This document shows, one piece after another, positions 41,632 through 55,192 of a DNA stretch of 64,000 bases. The stretch is taken from assembly GCF_006345805.1 (NCBI RefSeq), contig NC_042999.1:174034001-174098000 (forward strand), read 5' to 3'. A model generated the notes under the pieces. It was not told the DNA's origin, made no database searches, and saw only the letters and a list, made by a program, of their open reading frames with translations. Both the position numbers and the translations under genes were made by a program. Numbering within the stretch: the first letter of the stretch is position 1; the number at the start of each line of letters is the position of its first letter. The stretch is from Octopus sinensis (lineage: Eukaryota).

Positions 41632-44627
41632 CGAATATATTGTATGTATTGCAATGAGCCACTTCTGTCACTTGTTATTGACTGCGGATCACAATGATTT
41701 CGGTATCTTCCCACCATATTTATTTATATATTTGTGTATACTGAAACGTGGAAAAACTTTTGCTGTAGCAACACGTGTCTTAAAGTCTGTTGATGCCATT
41801 CATATCCCCAACATTTTCTGTAAAGAGGATTTTCTCGAGACAGTTTCCAAAGCGAAGTTATTTCCACGTTTGAGCATGCACGAACGTTCGAAACATATCT
41901 GCAACCAGCTTTGCTGGTGCACTGATGGGTACCAGCAGTCGTCACAAAGTCTTTGGGTTCTCGCTGCTTCAACATCAAGGTCTTTCCTCATGGCCCAATA
42001 TGGAGACGACACTGGAAACAGCTACGCTTCTGCGTAGTGGTTTTATTATCAGTCACCAGTATGAACTGACGTCTGTACAGATACTGGTAGAGTTTCCGCA
42101 AGCCAAAAATAATGGCTAGGACTTCTTTGTAGATTTGGTTGTAGACGTGAAAGTCTTGAGTACATTGACAATCGGCCGCTCGCTTCCATCCGCATAGCGA
42201 TGAAGCAGGACTGCTCCGATTCCAACATTGGACGCGTCGCAAACCAGTCCTAGAGGCTTTTCTGGATCGAAATGTACAAAGACTTGATCTGAGAATAATA
42301 CGTTTTTCAACTATTCAAACGCTGCTTATTCTTCATATCCTCACTTCCAGGGGGTTACCTTAATGGTTAATTGCTAAAGTGGCTCGGCTGTAGTGGCCAG
42401 GTTTGGAATGAACTTCCCATCAAACTGAACCGAACCCAAGAAAGACTTTAAGCTTGAGACGTCCTAAGGAGATGGCATTTTCATGACTGTCTCGAGCTTG
42501 GATCACTTCGCGATTCCTTCGGCCGATAAGGTGTGGCTAAGATATTCCACACTGGATTGTGCGAACAGGCACTTTTCACGACTGTATATGCATCCTTTGT
42601 CGTTCAGACGAGAAAGCGAACGCCTCAGGGTGCTCAAGTGGTCATTGTCATCTTGCCCGCTGACAAGCATATCGTCTTGGAAGACGACAACTCTAGGCAG
42701 ATCACTAGTTAAGATGTCCATGATCTCTTGTAAGTAACCAGGCGCTGATTTGATTCCAATTAGAAGTCGTTGCTACGCGGTGAGTGCTGAGGGCTGGCCT
42801 TCGTTGACTCTCTGGTGCCAGCTTGATCTGGTTGTAGAAATCAGCAAGGTCAATCCTCCTGTAACAGAACTAGCTGTACCTTATTAAAAACCGGCTTCGC
42901 ATCAGACTTGAACATCACTTCCAGTTTGAAATCCTTAAGACATTCCAATTCTTCTTTGAAAAGATCTGAGAACTCGTCACAGTGTTTGTGGCAATGTCGT
43001 TGCAGGGAAGCATAAGGCTCACTAGAGGTCTTAGGATGCGATGTTCTTGCACCCTCACTCTTGTCTTGATTCTCTATGCATCTCAGTCCAAGAGCATTGT
43101 CCACAGAGATTGCCAATGTATGGATAGCGTTTCCTCGCAGCAAGTTCAAGTCAGGGATCTTGGTCTCTATGTAAGGAATTGAGCTTTGTTTACAAGTCAT
43201 TGGATCCTTAGTTTGGCCCATAAAAGTTCTCAGCACGGGTAGGTCGTGCTTGCTGGCAGACTCATAACGAAGTCTGACATCATACAGCTTCGGTTTTCCT
43301 AGTTGTTTCCAGACTAGCAAAGAAACGAAATTTCCTGTAGTTGCAGTGTCCAGTTCTATCATGAACTGTCGGTTCTAGATTGTGACTAGCACAACTACCC
43401 AGAGGAATTGTCGGGAACCTCAGCGAGAATTGTTTTGACAAGCTCTGCTTTCGTGATTCTCTTCACGGAAGATTGGGAACGATGTACCCGTTGCTGTTGC
43501 TTCTTCTTACAAACAGATTCCAAATGTGCTTCTTGTCAGAAAAGTGGCATTTGACTTCTTTGTAGGGTCAATCTGTCACTTTAAGGGCCTTTCCACATCC
43601 GTAACACTTCAACTCAGGGTCTGTAGAATTAGACTACTGGTGGCTTTTTTGTTTACCTTTGTTCTGTCTCTGCTTGACCTTGTTGACAGACCCGGTCTTG
43701 GAACCGTAAACAGTTACCTTGGTAGCGATCGCTGCGTCTTCGGCGGTCTCAGTCGCGACTTGAACAGCACAGGCAAAGTTCAGCTCTGTGTCCTTGATCC
43801 TTCAAGATAGCTTCATTGTTAACAGAACACGCATCTCTGTCTAAGAGCTTCATCTTCAGGGTCTGTGATCGAAGGAAAGTCACAGGTAGCAGCGTCTTGA
43901 CGTATACGCGCTGCCAGCTTCTGGAGAGTTTCGCCTGGCTTCCGTTGCATGTCACTCCAGAACTTGAAACGTTCTCGCACAAGGAAACGTTTTAGATCGA
44001 ATTGTTCTTTCACAAAGTTGACAATTTCCTCCATTGTCAGCTCGTTAATATCCTTGGGTGGACTCTGTTGAGTATCCAGATTCGCCAGTTGTTTATAGAT
44101 GGTATCGGTTTGATTCGTCAAGAAAACTTGAGCCTTGCGCTGGTCAGGCACGGTGTTGGCCACAACAAAAGTACAGAATCGTGACCAGTAATCAGACCAC
44201 TGTTCTGATGTTGAATCAAAAGCAGCACATAGTGGGATAGCAGTTGAAGAAGTTGGAAGACGGGACTTGGATTAGAACCCTTTTCAGAAATTTGAACTTG
44301 AATCAGCCTTCTCAAAATTTCCATGACTTCTCTGTGCTACTGCATCTGTACCTCCATGTGTTCCCTATGAAGTTGAAACTGTTGTGTGAGTAACTTTATC
44401 AGCTCGCGACTGTGTTCCGCCATTGTTGTCAAGATAAAAATGGTAAAATTCTAACTATATTAGATAAAGTATTATATTCCACAAAACTCTTGACAAAACA
44501 ATAATTTAACTGGTACTAGAAATACAGGAAGACAGAAGCTTATGTGCAAAACTGGTTGTTTACCTTTCAAATAATTGTATTATCAACGTCAAGTTAAAAA
44601 GTCCACTCGGCAAGGATAGTCTTTCTT

Positions 44628-44645
44628 ATCCTACCGGCGACGCCA
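44628..44645 (-). promoter_or_regulatory. Primer-binding site (TGGCGTCGCCGGTAGGAT), probably tRNA-Ser
   Basis: 18-nt complement of a tRNA 3' end (...ATCCTACCGGCGACG-CCA), 3 nt after the LTR-terminal CA. The tRNA identity is inferred from the G73 discriminator. Confidence 0.75.
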
Positions 44646-44648
44646 ATT

Positions 44649-44807
44649 TGTTGTGCTTCTCTCGTTCACTTGTAAAGAAGAACACAATGATACACCAAAT
44701 AGATTTATTATCTGTCTCTCAAACAGTATATAACAAGAAAAGACAAAGGCAAAAGGAGAAACGCCCCACTGCCAGCTCTGCTTATATAGCGATAAGCCAT
44801 TAGAACA
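44649..44807 (-). repeat. Putative 5' LTR (~159 bp, TG...CA)
   Basis: Minus-strand TGTTCT...CACAACA with TATATAA and AATAAA. The outer boundary is uncertain because there is no second LTR to compare. Confidence 0.55.
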
Positions 44808-45049
44808 TTCTAGAGAGTTCTACAATTTTTCCATTCGATTCTATTGGTAATATTCGCATGCCAGCAATTTCTATTGGATAGATTTTGATGCTAGCGATCT
44901 CCACAATACACACACAGCATTTATGAGAATTTTGCTTTATGGCTCTGTAGATGATATGAACATTTTTCAAAATAACTACAGACAGGTATGGAATGAATAG
45001 AGCAGAGTATGCTAGGTGGGAGAGAGACAAGGGTGAAAATAGTGATTTC

Positions 45050-45235
45050 AAATTTTGGCAGAAGGCCAGCAATTTCGAGGGAGGGAGTAAGTTTATTGAA
45101 TCGACTCCAGCACTCAACTGGTACTTATTTTATCGACTCCGATAGGATAAAAGATAAAGTCGACCTTGGCGGATTTTGAGCTCAGAACAAAGCATTTTGC
45201 CCGGTGTGCTAACGATTCTCACAGCTCACAGCTTT
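45050..45235 (-). mobile_element. Family 2 SINE
   Basis: ccagcaatttcg...aactggtacttattttatcgact...gtcgacctt.gcgga.tttgagctcagaac. Confidence 0.75.
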
Positions 45236-47911
45236 AGAGGAAAAAAACATTAAAACTATATTATGTGCAAGGGGAATTGTCCGAAGAACAAATGATGAAT
45301 GAGGAGGTCTGGGGAAATATATTTATTACAAGGTGTTAAGCCAATCATAAAACTTTATAATTAGTATCTGAAATATTTTTCAAAAAGAATTGAAGAGAAA
45401 TCATTGATTTTTCTATAAAGGAGCTAGATAAATATATTACTTGTCTTGTCCCTGGTCAAAGGGATTTAATTTAATTATTAATGAATTGTGACTATAGATG
45501 TAATCCGGTGTATTTTTTTATTTTTAGGTTTAAAAATTTGTGTTTGATACATCGGATACAAAGAGACCTTGCAGCTACTACGCGCTTACGTACACACACA
45601 GACACGTACACACACAATCACATGCACACGTATATACACAAAATGATAGCTCAACTGAGGTTACGTATAAAGAAGCTATTGAGGTACGTGGAAACAATCA
45701 ACATTTTTTATATATATGAGAACTTCACACGGATAATATTTGATCAGTGAAATGAAAACATTAGTTGGTTGTAATTCTAAAGTTTTCTATTGAGTGTGAT
45801 GGTGTATATTTGAAGGGACAGGAAAAACACATAAGAAAGCGATGGATAGCACATAAAAGTTGTTTGATGATAAAATTTTAAATAAACAGTTCAAAAGTCT
45901 ATGTGGTAGATGGTTACTGATTTAAAAGATCTACGTTTTTATTAAGCGAATATTAAAGCGTTGTTAGGGTGCAAAAACACTGATTTATCTAAACAACGGA
46001 AGCTCAACAGTGTCCAAAGTGGTAGATAATATAATAGAACCGTTTTATATAGCAGCAGAACAAATATTGGACCTATGTCTATTAAAAATATTGGACAGAA
46101 TTAGTAGTATACAAAATAATTAAACATAATTATGCGAACAATATTTTGTTTTAAAACACTTTCTTTAGAGAAAAACAGAGTTATGATCAAATCTCTATGG
46201 AGATAGTAAATTTTACAATGGCAAAAAACGAAAACATTTGGTATAAATTTTTAAAACGTTGCGCTAACTGTGTTAATTTGATTTGAAAGAAAGTATAATT
46301 TATTTAGTAACCGGTTTCGAAATCTATGACTATGTCTTTTATTATATATTGATTTAATGAATTACTACTGTGAATACTTATGTTTAATAGGAATACATGA
46401 AGAAGGGTAGACGAGTTTAAACCAACAAACACCTTAGTACAGAAACAAATTACTTGTTTTTGAAACTTGTATACCTCTATAGCTATTAGTTGCTAACTTG
46501 TCTTCAGGAAAAGCATACAAATAATAATTAAATGTGTGATTATCAAAAGAGTGCTGGACAAACACATAGTGACGTTTAAAAATAGAGAAAACACTGAAAC
46601 AAGAATATAAGTAGATAGTTAAGTTACGTTGAAAATTGTAAAGTGTCAATGATCGGTTGAAAAATAATTTACAAAGTTTGTAATACGTAGAAATGATAAT
46701 ACATGCAAATAAGTCGGAAAAAAATTTGCTTAAATAAAACAATTAATTCAAAATTAAATTCATATATTACACCTGAACTTCTGGAACGAACAAGGTATTA
46801 GAATTTTTTTATCACGTAACTTTCTGTTATTTGTACTAATTTGAATTGGAATGAATAATAAGTCAATAGGGTGAACACGGTTTGTGCGCTATAATTAACT
46901 GAGATGATTAAAGTAGTGAATATTTATTTTCTGAAATGTTTGTTAGGTATACTCTTTCTTCGGAGAAAAAAAATATTTAACATTGGTAAAAGAGACGGCT
47001 TGACCAAGAGTGAATGACTAGTAATGATCATAGACGAAAGGTTCAAGAGACTGTCATGCTAATATCTAACTGTACTGTTATACGAGATCTAACCGGTATC
47101 GATACAGATTGTAATAATACTGTTATCACAAATACGCTATGTTACATAAGGAATGTGAATATTCTCTCTTTATCTTTGCTAGATTAGGTATTTTTTTTTT
47201 ATCTAGCAACGTTCACTATCTCTGTGTTTCGAAAAACGATTATCTCTGTTGAACACATTTCTGATAATACGTATTCACTCATTTTAATCATATATAGTTC
47301 CGCAAATTATTTAATTCTAATTTCGATTTAAAATTACATAATCAAGCATTGATAGTTTGTTAGTATTTTTTTTATATCCCCAAGTTCAGTTCTCTCTAAA
47401 CTATTAACTTTAGCTTATGAATTCAATCTTAAGTGCTCAATGGTTTTACAGACATATATTTGACTTATCTTTTCTCGCATATTACTAAATATGACTTGTA
47501 TATAGTCAATAATTAAATAATCAATTACATTTTTCCTGATTGTTGACACTAGTGTGTAAGCAATAAACAACCTACGATGTGGGATACTTCCTAAACTAAA
47601 GCTGGTTTCCTCTAATTCATATGTGCTATTTTCTCTATATTTATATAGGGTGTTTGTAATAGTTACACATATAATTATTATTTTTACTCTCCAATTCACC
47701 GTTGAAGATGTGCCGTAATCTCAAGCAGCGTTTCAAGCAGCCAGGTAAATATTTGATTTTACACCATTGTTTGTTATTTGCTAATCACAGAGCAATAATC
47801 TGGCAGTCATTTAGCCAAACAAAAGAAAGAAATTCACTCTGTCCAGATCAGTAACAATTTCATACCACTCTAAACATTAGCTTTGTTTTCCAGTTGTTTT
47901 TCAACCGAAAT

Positions 47912-47935
47912 CTTGTTGTTGTTGTTGTTGTTGTT

Positions 47936-47986
<51 letters not shown>
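47912..47986. repeat. (TTG)n-(TAG)n microsatellite
   Basis: Seen directly. Confidence 0.95.
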
Positions 47987-48967
47987 TGCGAGCATGTGCT
48001 GTAAGAGCACATCGCAGCATCCACCATTTGTTGGCGATCCCCTACTCCTAGCGGATTACACCTTTCCACCACTCAGGCGACAACCCTCCATCTCATGGGT
48101 CTGTTTGGGTAGTCGTTGCTGGCGGAGTGCAAATCCTGTCTCAACCCCTATTAGAACAACACGATATTTATATTTTTAACTGAATTAAATAGAACAAATC
48201 TAGAAATTTGTTAGGAGGCGGAGCCAATAAAATCGACTTCAGTACTTGATAGGAAAGATAAAAAGTTGGCTTCACGGGATCTCCACACAGTTTTTTGCCC
48301 ATACTTTAATGATGTTACGAATACACTGTCCGTAACTATCTTAAGTAACAAAGCGGATTTATGCTAATGGAATAATCAATTTGTCATATTTTCTATTCCA
48401 CTAGATTACTGCATTTTAATGAGCAACATTTCTCGTTTGCATAACAAGACCCAGTGATGAAATTTAATTCGTTAATATAGGTAATAACGTTATTTTATGC
48501 AGCATGCAGCATGCATCATACCGTTGATCTTACAAACAGAAACATATGTACAATGTTTTTCCTGCAGCATATTCTCATTGATGTTTTCATTAATAAAGTA
48601 ATTTGAAACGAGTTGTCTTTCTGTACATGATTTGCTGTCCATTTTTATGTCTGTATGTTACTACTTTTGTAAGAACACGCGTTTTGACTCCTCTTGAATT
48701 ATTCTATCTAAATCGGAAGTTTGCACTTCTTGTAGCACGTAAAATATGGAGGCAATATATATATATATATATATATTCTTTTACTTGTTGCAGTAATTTG
48801 GCTGCAGCCATGGTGGAGCACCACCTTTTAGTCGAGCAAATCGACCCCAGGACTTATTCTTTGTAAGCCCAGTACTTATTCTATCGGTCTCTTTTTGCTG
48901 AACCACTAAGTTACGGGGACGTAAACACACCAGCATCGCATGTCAAGCGATATTGGGGGGACAAACA

Positions 48968-49002
<35 letters not shown>

Positions 49003-49010
49003 CACACACA

Positions 49011-49041
<31 letters not shown>

Positions 49042-49092
49042 CAACACACACACACACAAACACACACACAGACACACACACACACACACACA

Positions 49093-49184
<92 letters not shown>

Positions 49185-49189
<5 letters not shown>

Positions 49190-49945
49190 ACATAAAAGAG
49201 ATACCCGAAGAATAGGATATCTGACTCGCTAGAAAGAGCAGTTAAAAACTCCAAGCCACCAATTGTTGTAAATCCGAAAGTGATTGAAAAATAAAAACGT
49301 TTACCTTAATCCTAGACCCTGCAAGGTTTCTGCAGACTTAAATACAGATTGAAATAAAATAATCTCAGTCTATATCTGGCTCTGCGTCCTCAGTAGGTTG
49401 CCAAGACTGAACACATAGACATGGAGCTATAAGAAATCAACCATGTGTCTATAGGTTCTAATTTTTCGAATTTACCACGCAGAAGCAGAACTCAACCAGC
49501 ACTAATTAGCCAAAAAAACATGTTATCATTAATTAAAAACTTAGGTTAACAAGAATATTTATCGAAAAATTCTTAGTTACCAGTGGTCTAGCGAGAAAAA
49601 ATTAGTCAATAGACTATATATTATTCAGAGAAAAATAGTGTACATTCAAACATAAAAGAGATACCCGAAGAATAGGATATCTGACTCGCTAGAAAGAGCA
49701 GTTAAAAACTCCAAGCCACCAATTGCTGTAATTTCGAAAGTGATTGAAAAATAAAAACGTTTACCTTAACTGCTCTTTCTAGCGAGTCAGATATCCAATT
49801 CTTCGGGTATCTCTTTTATGTTTGAATGTACACTATTATTCTCTGAATAATATATAGTCTATTGACTAATTTTTTCTCGCTAGACCACTGGTAACTAAGA
49901 ATTTTTCGATAAATATTCTTGTTACCCTAAGTTTTTAATTAATGA
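49185..49945. mobile_element. Hammerhead-bearing 460-bp unit (V): monomer, partial copy and fold-back in (TA)n
   Basis: ttcaaacataaaag at 49185 and 49645; switch to an inverted arm at ttaa (~49766-49769); ends ...attaatga|TATA. Confidence 0.88.
49311..49397 (-). ncRNA. Type I hammerhead ribozyme (copy at 50144-50230)
   Basis: Minus strand: ccta-CTGAGGA, 56-nt stem II (gcaga/tctgc), GAAAC-cttgcag-GGTC|tagg; cleavage site between 49315 and 49314. Confidence 0.85.
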
Positions 49946-49976
49946 TATATATATATATATATATAATATATATATA

Positions 49977-50017
<41 letters not shown>

Positions 50018-50022
<5 letters not shown>

Positions 50023-50777
50023 ACATAAAAGAGATACCCGAAGAATAGGATATCTGACTCGCTAGAAAGAGCAGTTAAAAACTCCAAGCCACCAATTGTT
50101 GTAAATCCGAAAGTGATTGAAAAATAAAAACGTTTACCTTAATCCTAGACCCTGCAAGGTTTCTGCAGACTTAAATACAGATTGAAATAAAATAATCTCA
50201 GTCTATATCTGGCTCTGCGTCCTCAGTAGGTTGCCAAGACTGAACACATAGACATGGAGCTATAAGAAATCAACCATGTGTCTATAGGTTCTAATTTTTC
50301 GAATTTACCACGCAGAAGCAGAACTCAACCAGCACTAATTAGCCAAAAAAACATGTTATCATTAATTAAAAACTTAGGTTAACAAGAATATTTATCGAAA
50401 AATTCTTAGTTACCAGTGGTCTAGCGAGAAAAAATTAGTCAATAGACTATATATTATTCAGAGAAAAATAGTGTACATTCAAACATAAAAGAGATACCCG
50501 AAGAATAGGATATCTGACTCGCTAGAAAGAGCAGTTAAAAACTCCAAGCCACCAATTGCTGTAATTTCGAAAGTGATTGAAAAATAAAAACGTTTACCTT
50601 AACTGCTCTTTCTAGCGAGTCAGATATCCAATTCTTCGGGTATCTCTTTTATGTTTGAATGTACACTATTATTCTCTGAATAATATATAGTCTATTGACT
50701 AATTTTTTCTCGCTAGACCACTGGTAACTAAGAATTTTTCGATAAATATTCTTGTTACCCTAAGTTTTTAATTAATG

Positions 50778-50778
<1 letters not shown>
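50018..50778. mobile_element. Tandem duplicate of module 49185-49945 (833-bp period)
   Basis: Appears identical, including the internal arm-specific variants. Confidence 0.9.
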
Positions 50779-50851
<73 letters not shown>

Positions 50852-51030
50852 CATAATATACGACGGGGTTCTTTCAGCTTCCGTTTACCAAATCCACCCA
50901 CAAGGCTTCAGTTGGCTCGAGGCTATAGTAGAAGACACTTACCCAAAGTGCCACGCAGTGGGACTGAACCAGGAACCATGAGGTTGGTAAGCAAGCTACT
51001 TACCACACAGCCACTCCTGCGCCTATATAT

Positions 51031-51121
<91 letters not shown>

Positions 51122-53679
51122 TGGGTGGGGAGCTTTCTTGCTCTTATTTCTATGCATTCTGTATTTTCTACAGATGTACATAATTTCAAACTTCAACAAT
51201 TTGCTTCCTTACAAAGATGCTGTATAAACCAAAGGTATTTCTTGATTTCTACGCTCGTGTATTCTCTCCTTGCATCCAGGTTCGCTACGACTATTTTTAC
51301 AAAAAGTAATTATTCAGAGCTTTAATAGTTTAAAATACAATGTATAAATTTGGCAGAGCTTACATAACTGAATTACGTCTTTCTTGCAAATCCATTTAAC
51401 ATAGATGGCGCCTTGAATTTGAATTTTTAAACTCAAGGATTTTTCTTTGGAATTTATCCTTTAAAAGATTTACGAGCTCCACACAGATTTATTCATAAAT
51501 CTAGTTTTCTTCAAACAAGAAATAATTTTAAACAAAAAAAGACGTTCATATTTAATTATTTTCTTTAACTTTGCATATTACTAATTCTGCCAAATACTTT
51601 TAGCTTCACTGATAATAGGTATGCATTTGACTTTTGAACCGCTGATATAAAAGTCAGTTCTTTTATAATGTCTATAATTCTAGACATTTTTAAAGAACCG
51701 TTCTTTATATAACTCTTTGCTTTGGTATACACTTAATACTAATGTAGCCCTTTCAAACAAGCGACACTCTTCTCCATAGTCTAAGATTTAAATTTTTATC
51801 CTCAAAAGAATACTATGTGTTACCCATTTTTTATCTTAACATATATTTCTATTTTTCTTTCCTTTATGTTATAAGCTAACATTTACAATAGAAAATTTCA
51901 GAGTTATAACCAGATAATACCTTTAACCGTGTAAAGATTACCCTGTGTATAGTATGTGTATTAAATTTTTTTAAATATTTATTGATTATTCCAACTTAAC
52001 TCAATAGTTTATTTATGTGTACAGTCATTTCATCTATCGCTAAGTATATGTCTGTATTTTGCAGGATCTCTTTGTATCTGATGTTTCAAAGAGTTTATGA
52101 AATTTTTCAGCCTAAAAATCAAAATATACACCGGATTACACCTAAACTCACAATTCATCAATAATTGAATTACCACCCTTTGACCACCGACAAAATAGGT
52201 AATATATTGATTTATAAATTTTCTATAAAGAATAACCAATTTCTGTCCACTTCTTTTTCAAAATATTTCCGTTATTTATTTATAAACTTTTATGATTGAC
52301 TTAACGATTTATAATAAATATATTTCTTCCATCCCACCTCAGCCATTTATACTGTCGCAAACTCTCCCTCTTCCACAAGTACAAACTTTGTTTTCTCTTT
52401 TGTTGTGTTCTACTCCCTTATCTTTCTCTGTCTTTCTTTCCACATATATCTACCATTTCTTTTTCAAAATTCCACATATCATCTGAAGATCCGTAAGGTA
52501 AAAATAAACAAAACTCATATATATGTGTATGTTTGTTACTTTTCCTGCTCTGATCAGTCATTACTACCACGTAGTGATCATTTACATTGTCACGCGACCT
52601 CCTAAAAATAACAACCAGTTTCCCCACAATTTACCCCATAGTGCCTTAAATATGTAAAGGACTCATTGAATAATATGACCTTAGACTAAACATATGCGGT
52701 TGACATGTTAGTAAACATCAACCGCGGAGAATTTGTGATCTACTCAGATTCCTAAGTATTGCATAAGATAGTGACAAGTTCTACATACAAATTCATAGAT
52801 CAGTCCTATGTTTGCAAGCCTATTTTCAAAAGTGTTCCAATCGAGGCCTTCCTGTTTATATAAATCTACGATAACTATATCCAAGAGTTGATAATCTATA
52901 ATCATTGTTTTGCTAAACTATGATTATCGTGAGCTAAACAGCAACAACTTAAAACTGATAAGGATGGACTTTCAAAGCTCAGTGACATGGTTAAAGTTAC
53001 ATCCTGTGCTCTTCTGAACAAGCAACCTGTGTACCATCTTCACCCAACCTTACGCACTGCACTGGTCTGTTCTTTCATTACAGGTGCTGTGTCTCACACC
53101 CACACAATCGTTCTAAACATTTTATAGGAACGTCAAATATTTTGAACTTCCTAGAGTCAGTAAGTAATGTGTAGGGGTTCAACAAAATCTTCAAAAGAAT
53201 CAATGCCACTAGGAGTGTCTGCATGTAAAGAAGATGAATTCTGATTTATCCCCATGGACCAAATAATAAAAAAGAGTTGGCTCCTCAGTCACTTACCTCA
53301 CATTATACGACACTCACCAAATATATGTCGTAAAAGCCAGCAATTCGTAATGAATGATGCACGAAATATTGGGAAATTATTTTGAATCAAAAGCAAGTTT
53401 TGTTTTCCAAAATAAACCCAACACATTTATAGATTATATGCTAAACAAATCACACTACAAATATCAATTCCAATTCCATGCATGTTTCATATTTCAAAAG
53501 AAACCCTTAGAAACAAGTTTATTTTGAGCTTAAATGCAATATATTATTTACTTACATATTTGTAAAATTGGGATAAAGGAATTGTGTTAGTGTGTGTTTG
53601 TAAATGCAAATAGGCATTTAAACCGACAGGTACACAGACAACATATATATAATTTATATATACATACATATATATATAT

Positions 53680-53789
<110 letters not shown>

Positions 53790-53958
53790 TACACCTTCAC
53801 ACAAATATATCTGTGAGCAAAATATACATATAAATAGATATATACATAGACAGATATGTGTGTATGTGTGTGTAGCTATATCAAAGGAATTACATGGAAT
53901 GATATATGTTGGCGTATCAGTGTACGTATGTATGTATGTATGTATGTATGTATGTATG

Positions 53959-53989
<31 letters not shown>

Positions 53990-54234
53990 GTATGTATGTA
54001 TGTATAGAAGTTACTAATAGAGTTGTTGGGTCGTTAAACTCCAACTTATTAGATCCAATGGATGAAGCTCACTCGTATACATATAATCATCCAAAATTAT
54101 CCTGAAGAGCAACTTATAAACAGACAAATTTCACGGATATATCATAATTGCATTACTTACAGTAGCTGTTTTGGATCCATACAAAGAGGTTATTTACTCA
54201 GTGTATTAAAAGCTATTATTTGTAACTGAATTAA

Positions 54235-54445
54235 GATGGTGAGCTGGAAGAATAGCTCGTCGGACGAAATGCTTAGCGCTGTTTCTTCCAGTTTTTTACG
54301 CTTTGAGTTCAAAATCCGCCAAGGGCTACTTTGCCCTCCGTTCTTTTGGCCTTGATAAAATAAGCACCAGTACAACACGGGTTCGATGTAATCGATTTAG
54401 CTCCAACCACTAAAATTGCTTGCCTGGCGCCAAAATTTGAAGCCA
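54235..54445 (+). mobile_element. Family 2 SINE
   Basis: aagatggtgagctgg...gagttcaaaatccgcc...ttttggcgccaggc-like tail. Confidence 0.75.
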
Positions 54446-55142
54446 TTAATAACAGCTGAATTCCCTTCGAGATATATTGCTAAAAAATATTTATTTTCAA
54501 ATCATTGGGAATCGTGCTGGGACCATGACATAAAGTAAGTATTCTACGATGCTAACTAACACCATATTGATCTGCATCTCACATATTGTTTCCTTTTTCT
54601 TTCTTTCTGTGATATTTTGCTAGATTCCTATAGATCCACTCAGACTAGTATGATGAAACCTATTTATCTTCTTGCCTGTTGGGGTACAAGTTCCATACTG
54701 TGGATATATTTCCTGTTAAGCGGAATCTGTATCACTTTCGGTTCAAATGCTTTACTTCCAATCCCTGGCCCCATTAAAACTGCCGATGTCTAATAAATGG
54801 GCGACCGCAGCCATTCCCTAATACGGTCGCATTCAATGGCTTGATGACCTCTGGGTCCTGTATCACCAGCTTTTAATAAGGAGACATCTTTTTGGTGACG
54901 ACTTAGTAATCCATTATCGCAGTGCGTTTTCATTTCCAATTATATATGCATTTCTGTAATTAATAACATATTTGTAGAATCTGTAAGACAGTTTGCTTTT
55001 GATTAGTTGGAAATTTATGAAAGAAGTAAATATTAGTATTTGGTGTAAGTATACGTGTTTCTACTGACATGCATATTAAATCATCATAATCACATAATAT
55101 TGCTCTCTTTGTGAGACTGTGTGATAATATACCTCTGTGTGT

Positions 55143-55192
<50 letters not shown>

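Larger units (their letters stand above)
41680..44807 (-). mobile_element. Gypsy/Ty3 LTR retrotransposon, 3'-truncated (5' LTR, PBS, gag, protease, RT, RNase H, start of integrase)
   Basis: gag RERFKFWSDMQRKPGETLQKLAARIR; protease ELDTATTGNFVS; RT VVVFQDDMLVSG...VEYLSH; RNase H LVCDASNVGIGAVL, KEVLAIIFG; frameshifts and stops throughout. Confidence 0.92.
48790..51025 (-). mobile_element. Family 1 SINE split by an expanded internal microsatellite that contains the V modules
   Basis: Tail half 48790-48965 and head half 50838-51025 are colinear with the 2885-3275 copy. Confidence 0.8.
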
